A stretch of DNA of 40,665 nt from Fonticula alba ATCC 38817 (taxonomy: Eukaryota; Protista; Nucleariida), in assembly GCA_000388065.2 (NCBI GenBank), contig KB932208.1. The stretch is one strand, 5' to 3'. The translations under genes were made by a program, and so were the position numbers. The notes under the pieces are model-generated. The model saw nothing but the letters and a program-made list of their open reading frames with translations. It did no database searches and had not been told where the DNA came from. Positions 1 through 11,679 of this stretch are shown piece by piece; position 1 is the first letter of the stretch, and each line of letters opens with the position of its first letter.

Positions 1-57
1 CCCCCCCCCCCCTCCTGGTCCCTCGCCCCTACGCCCAGGCCGCTTCCGGGTTGAAGG

Positions 58-2798
58 ATGTCCTCCAAGCCCGACTCAGACTCGGTTCCACTCCTGCCGC
101 CGCCCGCTTCACAGAGCGTGGCTCTGGTGCCGGCTTCGCCGACGTCGTACGATGTGGTTCCGGCATCGGCGAGCCCCGGCACCAGCTTCGGCATCTCTCC
201 CTGGCCTGGGGACCACAGCACGAGCTCCTCCTCGCAGTGGGATCGCGAGCGATCGGCCGCCGAAGACCTGCATGCGTACAACATCAACCTCGCACGCAAC
301 CTCACTCGGGTTCGGCGGAATTATGGCCAGCTGTTCGATTTGTTGGCCGGCGTCAGCCGATCCGGCGTGCTTGGGACATGTAACTTCAACTACACCGGCA
401 CGCAGGCCGCAGATGGTGGCCCGCCGGTGCTGCCGGAGCCGGCTCTGCTCAAGACCCGGCCCTTCTTCACCAATGCCACGCTCTTCCCGCTGATCAGCTC
501 GCCCTATGCCAGCGAGGTGTTCGCCTACTACGCGGAGAACGAGGACCTGGTGCGCACGCTCTTCATGGGTCCACGCACGCACACACGCACACACGCATAG
601 ATAGATAGAGGGGCGGATGGATTTCTTTGCATGCGTATGGCCTTTCCGCAAAGACACAAGTCTCTCACACGTGCGCGCCCATTCCCCTGGGATGCACCGT
701 CAGATCCACCCGGCCGAGCGATCGATCATTCACCGGTCCAAGGCCTACACCAGCATCATCAGTGGCTCGGCCTTCGGGCTCTTCCTCGGCATGATGTACC
801 TGATGACGCGGCCATACATCCGCAACAAACTTTGGACTGTGGCCGGTGCCTTCAGTGGGGCGCTTCTGGCCACCTATGCCAATGAGAAGCGTATGTGTTA
901 AGCAGGGGCATGGGAAGGCAGGCGCGGGCCAGCAGTCCTGATGCCACGATTGTCCCCCCCTGGCACCGCCATGCCCGAGCCCCTGGATGAGGAGTCCCTG
1001 AACACCAACCATGTCAACTTCGAGCTTTCGGTCCTCCGCCAGCTCGGCGCCCCGGGCGGCAGCCAGAAGGGCACCTTCGCCAATGTCTACGACTTCTTCC
1101 TGGGCGAGAACAAGTCCAACTAAGAAAAGCGAGACACGCGTGATCGTGTATGCGTCGTGTGTACATGCGCGCCCGTGCATCTCCACGCAGTGGTGCCGCA
1201 CCTCGACCGAGCATATACTCTCCGGAACGGAAGAGGACACACGCCCCTCACCTTACTATTCGGGCATGACGAGACATCTGCACTTTCTCGATGCACATGC
1301 TTCTCAGGAGGGGGACCGGGCGCCCCCGCCTCTCCTCCCTCCCCCCCCCCCTTCCTGTGTCCATTTCCACATTCTCATCCCCTTCACACTAAACTACACT
1401 CTTGAAAAGAATATACAGCTCAACGATGCTTCCTCCTGCCTGCCTTCTNNNNNNNNNNNNNNNNNNNNNNNNNNNNNNNNNNNNNNNNNNNNNNNNNNNN
1501 NNNNNNNNNNNNNNNNNNNNNNNNNNNNNNNNNNNNNNNNNNNNNNNNNNNNNNNNNNNNNNNNNNNNNNNNNNNNNNNNNNNNNNNNNNNNNNNNNNNN
1601 NNNNNNNNNNNNNNNNNNNNNNNNNNNNNNNNNNNNNNNNNNNNNNNNNNNNNNNNNNNNNNNNNNNNNNNNNNNNNNNNGGGGCATGGGAAGGCAGGCG
1701 CGGGCCAGCAGTCCTGATGCCACGATTGGCCCCCCCCCCCCCCCCTCCCCCCTCACACACACACAGATGGCCCAGCCTTTCCTAACATGACCACAACTCC
1801 ACGCGCTTGTCTGGCGTGGGCGCATGCCGTCGCAACAGAACAACAGCATGCCGTGCGCCGACTGTTTAACATCGGCTCAGTCATTGGCGCGCATTTGATG
1901 TTTGTCCCGCTCAAACCGTACGCCCGCCGCATCTGCGCACGACATGCCGGCTGCTGTCCGCTCGGGCACATGCGTGCCACCATCGCAACGATCTAATCCC
2001 GAACTGCCATACCCCTTTCCCTCTTCCTCGGTGAAAAAAAAAAAAACCCGATAACTCAGCACTCTTCCCCCTGGTGGTGAGACGTATTGGCTGGACCGGG
2101 CACTTCCGCCCCCGGCTTTCCCCTCCGGGCGGGCCTTCTCGGAGCATGTGCGCATCCTGGCCGACATGTCGCCAAGCGAGGCACAGGCATATGTGGCCGG
2201 GCTGCCCGTCACTCAGGCCACGCCGGTGACCAGCGTCCCCGAGGACATGGCCCACTACCCCCGGGAGGCCTTCACCAACCCGGCATCCGGCTGGCTTCTG
2301 GACTCCTGGCTATTGGCAATTCCACGCACTGGCCAAGGTGCCCGGACGGTGGCCGAGGCCTTGCTGGCTTTCCTCCGGCAGAAGGTGGCCCTCGGTGCCG
2401 GGGCCGGGACCCTCTTCGACATGGCTGAGCCGGAGTTCCCGCAGCTCCTGCGCCGTCTTGGCCTCGGGCGCCGCGGATCGGCCGGCAGCCCCGAGGCCGG
2501 TCCGGTGGAATCCCTGGCCCGGCGTCTGGCCGACGGCCTGGTCTCCAGTGCGCGAGGTGAAAAGTCCGATCGCGAGGAAATGGCGGACACTGAGAGGGGA
2601 CTGCTCTTTCCGGCAGGGCAGGCTGTCACGAATGTGGCCCTGACACAGGGATCCTGGCTCGGTGGCCGGGCCACGACCCAGCAATTCATCGCCCACTATG
2701 GCCAGCTGTCCGACCGGTGTGAGCGTCTGCTGGACATCCGTCCGGAGCAGCTGAACCAGCCGGAGCTTTTCATCATCCCGGAGCCCCCGTCGCAGTGA
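58..2798 (+). CDS. Hypothetical membrane protein, 4 exons, ~498 aa
   Basis: Exons 58-549, 704-890, 1839-1917, 2060-2798 total 1497 nt and splice in frame. Donors are GTGCGC (550), GTATGT (891) and GTACGC (1918); all acceptors are CAG. Junctions read ...LATYANEK-QQQHAVRRLFNIG... and ...MFVPLK-PTLPPGGETYWLDR.... Exon 2 has two hydrophobic segments (IISGSAFGLFLGMMYLM, LWTVAGAFSGALLATY). No family recognised. Intron 2 spans an N gap and a probably foreign segment. Confidence 0.6.
961..1123 (+). other. Orphan 3'-terminal coding fragment (...GTAMPEPLDEESLNTNHVNFELSVLRQLGAPGGSQKGTFANVYDFFLGENKSN*), probably misplaced from another locus
   Basis: Strong C/G third-position bias and a TAA stop at 1121-1123. 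It starts right after the C run at 954-960 and lies inside intron 2 of the 58-2798 model. Confidence 0.45.
1449..1680. other. Assembly gap (232 N)
   Basis: Run of N in the sequence. Confidence 0.99.
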
Positions 2799-3072
2799 CC
2801 ATACGGGCCGCATAGAGGCCCATTTCCGCTGACCCTTTCATTTGTCATGGCTGGGGGAAGGGGGGCAAGGCACGGTGGGGATGGTCGAAAGTGTGTCGGT
2901 CGGCCATGGGTAGGAGTAGCCTCGGTGGACCTGGGCACGCCTGGCCGGGAGGGGCATAGGCGATGCGCTGGCGGCCCTGGGGGCATCTTCATGGCCATGC
3001 TGCATCTGGGCCCTCGGGCCACACAGGGATGCCCCATTGCTCTGGCTTTCACCCAGGGAGGGGGGGGGGGGG

Positions 3073-3101
3073 GGAAGAGCACACGTCTGTACTCCAGTCA
3101 C
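3073..3101 (+). other. Illumina TruSeq adapter remnant inside a poly-G tract
   Basis: ggaagagcacacgtctgtactccagtcac matches the adapter GGAAGAGCACACGTCTGAACTCCAGTCAC at 28 of 29 nt and is flanked by long G runs (about 3061-3153). Confidence 0.95.
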
Positions 3102-3111
3102 CTGGGGGGGG

Positions 3112-3156
<45 letters not shown>

Positions 3157-3699
3157 TCGTTGTCTCGCCGGTAGGTGGGGGCGCACGGGAGGAAGGGATC
3201 GGCTCTGGGACAGACGCCTTCCCAAGCCCGGGCATGGGTGTGGACAACGCTGTTGCCGGCCAAATGGCGAATGGCCGGGAGGATGGTCAGGCACAGGGAA
3301 AAGACTCATGACCCGGGAGGGAGCGGATCGTCGACCTCTGCCCGGGGGCGAGGGGGAGATCTCATCGAGGAGTTCGGGCAACTGGATGGGGATGGGCCTG
3401 TTTTTTTTTTTGGAGCGGCGTGACAAGCGCCAAGCTCGGGGGAATACAGCCACCTCCCTGACAGGAGTCCGTGTGTGTATGTGTGTGTGAAGCTTTGGGA
3501 CCCATTCTGTCGCCGGGCCGGAGCTCAATCTTACAGGCCCCGGAGGCCAGGGCCATCGGGCAGCGGGGATCTTGGAACAGGGCATCGCCGGGGACATCCC
3601 TGGCATGGTGGGCCCCGGCCGATGGGCCCCAAGGGCCATCAGAGGCAACGATTCAGAGGCAGGCAGGCAGGCCAACCGGAGGTGCTTGGAGTGCGATTC

Positions 3700-4497
3700 A
3701 CCAGCCACGGAGGCAACCGCAAAATGAAGCCCCCGCAGAAGGAGTCCCATGCACATCGCGGCGGCGACCAGTCTGGCCGCCCGGTCGCGCGAAGGGGATG
3801 CTTGAGTAGGGCTCCAGGCAGCTGGCCGGGTGGCAAACAGACGAGGAGCAGGGCCTCAAGACCGATTGTGGACAATCGCCGGGGCCGCGCCAGGATCGGG
3901 ATGCTGCCTGCCGACTGCGCGCCTCAGACCATGGGTAGGACGGAATGATGGAAGTGTGACAGTGTCACGTGCGCGCGGACCGGCTCGCCGCTCTACTGTG
4001 GGAGGCCGGTGCCGCCGGCCAGACTTACCGAGGTCGGGTTTAGGATCTGCTCAACCCTGCGCTGGAACGGCGCTGGCAGATCAGGGGCGCGAAGACGGGC
4101 ACAAGGCAGGACTATTTATGCCGTGGAATATATGTGCGACTGGTGGTTCCGCTCCAAACGGGAAGACATGGGCTGCCCGGCTAAAAGCGACTCCAGAACT
4201 GTGCCCGCCTTCAGAAGGGGGGCGATTCGACGGACAAACACCAACCACCAGAAGCATGGGGGGAGATCCTAAATCCAGCTCGCCAGGCAGCGCGCACGCG
4301 AAGCCTCGGCCGGTGTGCGTGTGCGCCGCCAAGCGGTCGAGAGTGGCACTGGTAAGTTCTCGCGCCGGACGCGAGACCACCCTCTGGCCGGCCAGCCAGC
4401 CTTCCGCCAGGTGCTCAGCCTGGGTCGTTGGCCGGGAACCCGAGGGGCTGGGGCCACGCGTCTTGCTCTGGACGGATGGCCCGGGACGTGTGCGCAA
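3700..4497 (-). CDS. Possible hypothetical multi-exon gene (partial model, ends undefined)
   Basis: Minus-strand GTAAGT donor at 4028-4023. A candidate exon 4111-4029 (LPCARLRAPDLPAPFQRRVEQILNPTS) splices in phase 0 to a CAG acceptor giving SAGSIPILARPRRLSTIGLEALLLVCLP.... An open frame lies upstream at 4497-4240. No homology recognised. Confidence 0.25.
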
Positions 4498-5682
4498 CTA
4501 GAGCTGTGCTTTTTTCTCCGGCCCTGGAGAGGAGCTCACGAAGGGTGTCCTGCTGCATGCACCGGCGGTGTTTGCCCCGACACCATGGCCAGGGTGCGCG
4601 ACCTGCCCGCTAGGTTGAGGGCTGCCTGCCTCGCCTGGCCATGCGGATGCGTAGTCGGCCGCTGTCTGCTGCGTCGGCCCGCTCCCGCGCGCTTGTCGGC
4701 CGCGCGCCCGTCTGCGGCCTTTTTTTTTGGTCGGCCGAGAAAAAAGGCGAGTGCCGTCCAGCCGGGGGCGAAATGCGTGCTGCCGGGCGGGTCCCGCCGT
4801 CCCCCCCTCAGCACGCTCGCCTGGCCGCACTAGGCAGGGCCGCGCGGGGCGCAGGAGCGGGGCGAGTCCCGTTGGTGACCGGAGAGATACCCCTTTCCCG
4901 GGGCGATGTGAGGGGCGGGGGGGGGGGCGGTGACGAGGCCTGAAAGACGTAGTCCTGTGTTCTACTCGGGCCTTCACCGCGAGAAACCCGGCAGGGAGGG
5001 AGGGCGCCACACCCAGGACAGTCTACCCTCACACACGCACACACACGCGCGCGCGCGCGCGCTCGCGCGCGCCAAGGGGGACATTTTCGGGCTGCCCCCG
5101 CGACCGCCGGATGCCCCATCTGGCCGCCTCTTCTCCAGGGTTCCTCTCATCTCCCTTGTGGCCCTCCCCCTCCCGATCGCCTGCCTCGCCTCGCTTTCGC
5201 TCCTCGCTCCTTCTCCCTCTCTCCCTCCCCCCTCGCCTCTCCCCATCGCGCCGCTTGCCCTTTGCACCCGGCCCGCCTCCCCCTCTTTTCGTTCTCCTCC
5301 TTTTTGGCCCCCCCCTGCGCGCTCGACCTCCCGACCGCGCCCGCTTCCAGCGTCTCGCACACCTCCAACGTACGCCTTTCCTCCTGGTCTTGCTACTCTC
5401 GGGCGGCGTCTGTTGTGTTGTGGGCGGTGCCGCGTCGTCTTTGCACACGCGCGCGCGCGCACCCGCCCACCAACACCACGCACGCAGGCCAACCTGCACC
5501 GAAGATGCCCCGCGCGGTAGCCTCCCCCCCTCCTCCCGAGGGGCGCGCCTCGCTGTGGTCCCCCTCTCGCCCTGTGACGCCGATGTCTCACCGCCTTGTC
5601 CTCTCCCTTTCGCCCCCCCTCCCTGCTCCCCCCCCTCTCTCTCTCTCTCTGCCTATCTCTGCGCCCTTTCCCCCCTCGCAGC

Positions 5683-8600
5683 ATGTCCAAGTTCTGGGGC
5701 GGTGGCTCCGACTCTTCGTCCACGGACTCCGACTCCGACTTCTCGTACTCCGACTCCGATCTCTCCTACTCCGATTCCGACACCGACTCCTCTTCCGATG
5801 AGTCTACCACCGGACCCTCCACCGTGCGTATGCTTCCGGCGCATGCATGCCACTCCGATGCGGCACCGATCGTCGTCCTGTGTTTTCCTGACCATTCTCC
5901 CCTTTGCGCCCTCTCTGCCTCCCTCCCTCCCTCCCTCCCCCCCCCCCCTGCTCCGCCGCCCCCTGCAGAACATCTTCGACCGCTACCTCAGCGACTCCGA
6001 TGATGACTCTGATGATGACGGCCCTCGCGAGGTCCTGAGTGCCCGTGCCAAGACCGTGGCCGCCCTCAACGGCACTGTCTACAACCTGGAGGATGCCATG
6101 GATGATGACAACTGGGAGCAGGTTGCTGTCCGTGCGTGCTGATTCCTTCTTCCTATGCCCCGCCTCCCCCCCCTCTCTCTCTCCCCCCCCCCCCGACACC
6201 TGGCCCTGCCTCTCATGGCGCTCTCTTTCGCTTCTTTTTGTGTCTCTTCGCTTTTGGCATTTCCCCGCACCATGGCGCTGACCCTGCCTCCCCCCCCCGG
6301 CCCTTGTGACAGTCTTCGAGAAGCTCGTCCGCCTGATTGAGAAGTCCCCCTTCATCACCGAGTCTGTCATCACTGTGTACGTGTCCCTTTCCATTTGATG
6401 TGAATTCCCCCTTCAGCACCATCCTCATCCTCTCCCGTTCTCCCGTTCTCCCTCTCTCTCTCTCGTTCTCTCTTTCTCTCCATCTCACTCCCTCGCCCTC
6501 TTCCCTCCTTTCCCCTCCCCTCCCATACAGCCTCAATGAGCTTGAGAACAACATCAACGAGCTGTGGGAGGACAAGTCCAACCTCGACCACATGAGCGAC
6601 CTGGCCAAGCGCGACTTCAACCTCGTCCGCCAGAAGCTCCGCCGCTATCTGGCCGACAACCGCGAGAGCCTGGCCTCCAGCGTCCAGGCCGATACTCTGC
6701 CCGACACCGGCGACGCGTCCGACGATGAGGAGGACAACTCCAAGAAGATTGAGCGCTTCATTGCCACCCGCGGTCGCAAGAACTTCCGCCCGGCCGAGGC
6801 CATCCTCGCTGTCAAGGCCCTCCTGGAGGAGGTTGATGCCGAGTCGGACCTCTTTGTCGCGGCCCTGGACTTCATCATGGCCTGCCACTTCGACCAGGTC
6901 CGCTCCAACATGGAGTTCCTGCCCATCGACAAGTGGCCTGTGTACGTGTCTCCTTCTTGGCCTTTTTTTTTCCTGCGCACGCCCTGGCGCGTCGTCGCCG
7001 TCGTCGCCGAGCAGCGGATCCACTCCTCCCTCCTCCTCCTGTTTGTTCCTCCGTGAGCTCACCCCCTCGCCAACCTGCGCCGTTTCCTCGCCCCCCCCCC
7101 GCTGCCTGCTGCTTCTGCCCTTTCTTCAGTGTCATCAAGGACCTCGATGCCTTCTTCGCCGTTCTCGAGTCCCACGCCGACTTCGCCAAGGTATGTTGGC
7201 CTTTGTTTGTGCCCCGGTCTCTCGTGTCTTTCTCCCTCTCCCTCTATCCTTCTCCCGTCGTCGATCTGGCATTTCTCAGGGCTAATTCCATATCCTTCCT
7301 CCTTCCCTCCTCCTCCCCTCCCTCCCCTCCCTCATGGGCCATGCTCAGCGCTTCGGCCCCAGCCTCGTCCGCTATGTCGAGCACCTGGACAACGAGTTCA
7401 TGAAGAGCCTGCGCTTCGGTGACCCCCACTCCAACGCCTACCTCGAGCGCCTGAGCGAGGAGTCCGCCGTGTATGCCTTCATCCTGCGCGCCGAGCGTTT
7501 CTTCACCGAGCAGGGGATGAACGCCGAGCTGTGCCGCGTGTCGACCCTGCGCATTGAGCACCTGTACTGGCGCCCGCAGACCCTGGCCGACAGCCTGGAG
7601 GGCAAGGTCGGTGTTGACACCGTGGCCCTGATCAGCTCGCTGGCCACCCGGGTGTACAAGCATGGCGACCTGGTTGCCCGTGCGCGTGCCCTCCTCTGCC
7701 AGGTCTACAGCCTGGCTCTGTATGACCACTTCTACCAGGCGCGTGATCTGCTGCTGCAGTCGGCCCTGCAGAACAGCATCACCAATGCCGACCTGCGCGT
7801 GCAGGCCCTCTACAACCGGGCCCTGGTGCAGCTGGGTCTGTGTGCCTTCCGCCAGGGTCACCTGCTGGAGGCCCAGGATGCCCTGACCGACTTCGTCAAC
7901 AACAAGTACCTGCGTGACCTGCTCACCCAGGGGTACACCCAGAGCCGTGCCAATGATTGCACTGCCCCGGAGAAGGAGGCCCGTCAGCCCTTCCACCTGC
8001 ACCTGAGCACCGACCTGATTGAGTGTGTCTTCTCCGTGTGCAGCCTCATCCTGCAGGTGCCGCTGTCCCTGCGCCCGGACCGCCCGATGCGCATCAACCG
8101 CGTCCTCTCGCGCAACATGGACAACTTCGAGAAGCAGCTCCTGCGCGGCCCGCCGGAGAACACCCGCGAGTACATCTACTATGCCACTCGCGCCATGCTG
8201 GCCGGTGACTGGGTCAAGTGCCAGAACTACATCAACTCCATTCGCATCTGGCAGCTGATGCCGGATCACAAGCGCGTGCTGGAGATGATCGGCACTCGCA
8301 TTCAGGAGGCCTGCCTCAAGTCCTATGTCCTGGCCAACTCGCAGTACTTCTCCAACATCAAGCTTTCTCACCTGACGGCCAAGTTCGATCTGGATGAGCG
8401 CGCTGTCATGGAGATCATCAGCAACATGATCATCAGCCGTGACCTGGATGGCTTCGTCGATGACCAGACCAAGGTCCTCTACATCAACCCCAAGGCCGAG
8501 ACCAACCTCCAGCGCAAGTCCCTGCAGATGGTTGACCGCCTGACCTCCCTGGTGGAGGCCAACGAGAAGCTCTTCAACTATGACCAGTACATCATGTCGA

Positions 8601-8713
8601 AGCATGCGCCGCGTGCCAACCAGCGCCCGCGCCCGCGCCCGTCCGGTGCTGCTGGTGGCAAGCCGGCCGCCGCTGCCCCCGCCGCCGCCGCCGCCGCTGT
8701 TGCCTCCCAGTAA
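5683..8713 (+). CDS. EIF3C: Eukaryotic translation initiation factor 3 subunit C, 6 exons, ~734 aa
   Basis: Exons 5683-5823, 5969-6131, 6313-6376, 6531-6941, 7130-7190, 7349-8713 total 2205 nt in frame. The Ser/Asp-rich start MSKFWGGGSDSSS, LNELENNINELWEDK...RQKLRRY, RGRK, VEHLDNEFMKSL..DPHSNAY, RALLCQVYSLAL, LYNRALVQLGLCAFRQG, PFHLHLSTDLIECV and GPPENTREYI followed by a PCI domain all match eIF3c/NIP1 motifs. A CAG acceptor at 5681, just before the ATG, suggests a 5'-UTR intron (candidate donor GTACGC at 5370). Confidence 0.95.
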
Positions 8714-11389
8714 GGAGCTTCGTGATGCGTGTGTGTGTGTGTGTGTGGTATGCATGTAATGTGTGTGCGTGTGTGAAGAAGAAAGGCAAGCCCCGAGCGC
8801 GAGGGGGAGCAACAGAGAAGGGTGCTCTCTCCCACCGAGAGGAGACGACGAGGTTGCACGAGGACCTTCTCCCCCTCTCCTCCCCCCCCCGGGCGATATG
8901 TGGCCCAGTGGCGGGGAGGGGGGGGGGGGGGGGGCACGCGCATGGACGCATGTTGTCTCCGCAAGCATGCCACCTTCTCCTCCCCCCGGTGGTGTGTGTG
9001 CGTGTGCGTGTGTGCCTCGGCCTCGCTTGTTTTCTCCTCGCCCTTTTCGGCTGTGTCCTTCTCCTTGCCTCTCCCTCGCTGTCTGGGGTCCCGCTGCGTC
9101 TCTTTCGCGCGCACCTTGCCCGTTGTGTGCCCCTCCCTTCCACCATCCCCCTTTCCGGCCTTGTGTGAGTTCGCTCCCCCCCCCCCCTCTCTCCCTCTCC
9201 TTCCCTATATATCTCCCCTCCCTCCTGTGTTCTCTCTCTATCCGTTTCAGCATATTACAGACCAATATAAAGACAAAAGCGTCCTCGGTGTTTTTTTTCT
9301 CCCCCGCTTTTTCGAGGGGGCGGGGCGGGGGGGGGTGGCAGATGGTCGGCGCCTCGATGCAATGTCGTGCGGTGGCCTGCTCGGAGGTCCCAACGAAGGG
9401 ACGAGCCGACGTGGGTGGTGATCCCAGGTGCCAGCGGAAAAGCAATCGGGAGGCCGACCGGGCGTCCGGCGCCTCGACAAAGCCGCCGGGAGGCCGCGGG
9501 GTGCGGGGCGTGGGGCGCGGGGGGCTTGATGACTGGCCGGGTCTTCTGAGTGTGAAGGCGGGCCTCGGGTGGGGGAGGGGGGACAAGGCGCGCGAGCGTG
9601 CTCGGCTAATGAACGCTGGCCTGTCTTGGCTGCCCGAGGGGGCGGGGGAGGGCCGCGGCCTGTGCTGGCCTCCGAAGGGTGTTCTTGAGGGGTTGCTATG
9701 TGCCGGGCACACACTGGGCCGGCTGGCGGCATGCCCCGCGCCAATATCAGTCGGCGCCCGGTGGCCCAAGTCTGGGCACACACTGAGCGCCGGCGTTCTT
9801 CGCTGGGTGCGGATCGTGTCGGGACCTCCCGGCCGGGTTGACCGAGCATGGGTATTATTGTTCGACAGGCTGCCAGGCCTGCGGGAAAGGGGGCCGGCTA
9901 CTGGGCAGACCGGGATGGCCGGCTCTCGGTGTGGGGAGGCGGCGTGTGCGGGGCGGGCGGGCGGGGCGGGGGGGGGCGAGCATAGCCTCCCAGGGCACCG
10001 TCGGAAGGCCGCGGGGTGACAACGCCGACGCATGTTCGCATGCATGCCCGCTGCGCCGGAGGCGGGGAGGGGGGGGGGGGGGGGGCGCGTGCACACGCGC
10101 GTGTGCGTCTGATTTCTCGGTCACACTCGCCGGCGTGCATGTTCGCTGCCCCTTTTTGCCCTGAGCCAGGTCCTGCTTCTGTGACTCAGCTGCCCGGCTC
10201 GGCTGGCCGGGAAGCCAGGTGCCGCGGTTTCCCCGCATTCTCACGCCTCAAGGGTTGCACTTACGCATGCTCTTGTGGGCGGTCGGTTGGCCGGTGGGCG
10301 TGTCCGGAAGAATGGGCCTTGCTGCCCCCTGCGGGTTCTTGGCACCGCCCGAGTCCGAGCGAGAGGGTCTGCATGTGCGCGTGTTTGACGACTTGTCCAG
10401 AGACACAGACAGCCGGAGGGGGCGGCCGAGGCGCACGGCTGGCTCTTCTCCTGGCACGGATGTCCGGTTGGTGTCCGGCCGCCGGGGCACCTTTTGCCGA
10501 GTGGCCGGCTGCGCGGGGGGGAGGGGGGGGGGGCAGCAGGGGAGCCAGGACTGGGCAGCTCCTCTGATCCGATTTCCGTTGAGCGAGGCGGGATAAACAG
10601 AACCCGCCGCAGCGTGTCCCTACGAACCGGTGGCCCCGGCGAGGGGCCGCCCCTCGCCGCGGTACGCTCCGAGTCCGGGGCTTTTTTCCCAGCCCCCCCC
10701 ACGGTGCCCGGTGCCAGGCGGCCGGAGTTCGGGAGCCTCCGACCGCGCAGACACATGGCCCGGCGGCGAGCTTCTTTTGGCGTGCCGCCACTTTGGGGCT
10801 GTCCCCCGCGCGCCGCCCGCCCCCCCCCCCCCCCCAGGCCCCCGGCGCTCGGATGCTCTCCCTGGGCCGCCAGTGGGCGCTCCATGGTCGATCGACCCCG
10901 GTTGGGCGTGGGAGAGGGGTCGGCCCGGCGTCCCCTTTTTGGTCCCCGCTCGCGGGGTGGTCACTTTTCGGTGGACTCCCCGGGGACTGCCCCTGGTGCA
11001 TGGGGGGCCGGCTGCGTCGCGCCCCCGTGCACTGGCGCGAGAGGCCTGGCACAGGAGTGTCACAGGCCTCCCCCGGGCGCCCCTTTTGCCCCGGCACGGT
11101 TCCGGGGAGGGGGGGGGGGGGGTGGGGGCGCGGTGGCCGGAATGTCGCCAGGCATCGGGAAGCGGGGCGTATGTCCCCGTGGATGATGCTTGGGCGTTGA
11201 CACTTTCCGAAGGGCCTCCAATCTCCCCCCAAAGCCTTGTGCCCATCTTTCGCCTTGGGGGCGGGCGGGGGGGTGCCCCGGGCGCCCCCCTCCCCCTGGG
11301 GAGGACATGCATTCCCCCCTGACGAAGCCCCGCGCGCTCCCGGCTGCGCCTTCCCTCTTCTGGGTAGATTGATCTGCCTCCCCCCCCCC

Positions 11390-11679
11390 NNNNNNNNNNN
11401 NNNNNNNNNNNNNNNNNNNNNNNNNNNNNNNNNNNNNNNNNNNNNNNNNNNNNNNNNNNNNNNNNNNNNNNNNNNNNNNNNNNNNNNNNNNNNNNNNNNN
11501 NNNNNNNNNNNNNNNNNNNNNNNNNNNNNNNNNNNNNNNNNNNNNNNNNNNNNNNNNNNNNNNNNNNNNNNNNNNNNNNNNNNNNNNNNNNNNNNNNNNN
11601 NNNNNNNNNNNNNNNNNNNNNNNNNNNNNNNNNNNNNNNNNNNNNNNNNNNNNNNNNNNNNNNNNNNNNNNNNNNNNNN
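11390..11679. other. Assembly gap (290 N)
   Basis: Run of N that begins right after a poly-C tract. Confidence 0.99.

Noticed and set aside
3104-3153. Very long poly-G/poly-C tracts as functional G-quadruplex elements
   Set aside because: Their lengths are unreliable (adapter inside one, gaps and misjoins at others), so no functional claim can be supported.
7244-10096. 950-aa minus-strand ORF
   Set aside because: Largely the antisense shadow of the GC3-biased eIF3c last exon, extended through low-complexity intergenic DNA; no independent motifs.
9300-10490. Possible minus-strand gene (GTAAGT donor at 10264-10259 after an 80-aa ORF)
   Set aside because: Could not be spliced into a consistent model, and no recognisable motif; left uncalled rather than disproved.
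11164-11187. Minus-strand IIHGDIRP resembling a kinase catalytic loop
   Set aside because: No catalytic-loop Asn, no DFG or other subdomains nearby, weak codon bias, and it lies in a probably misjoined segment.
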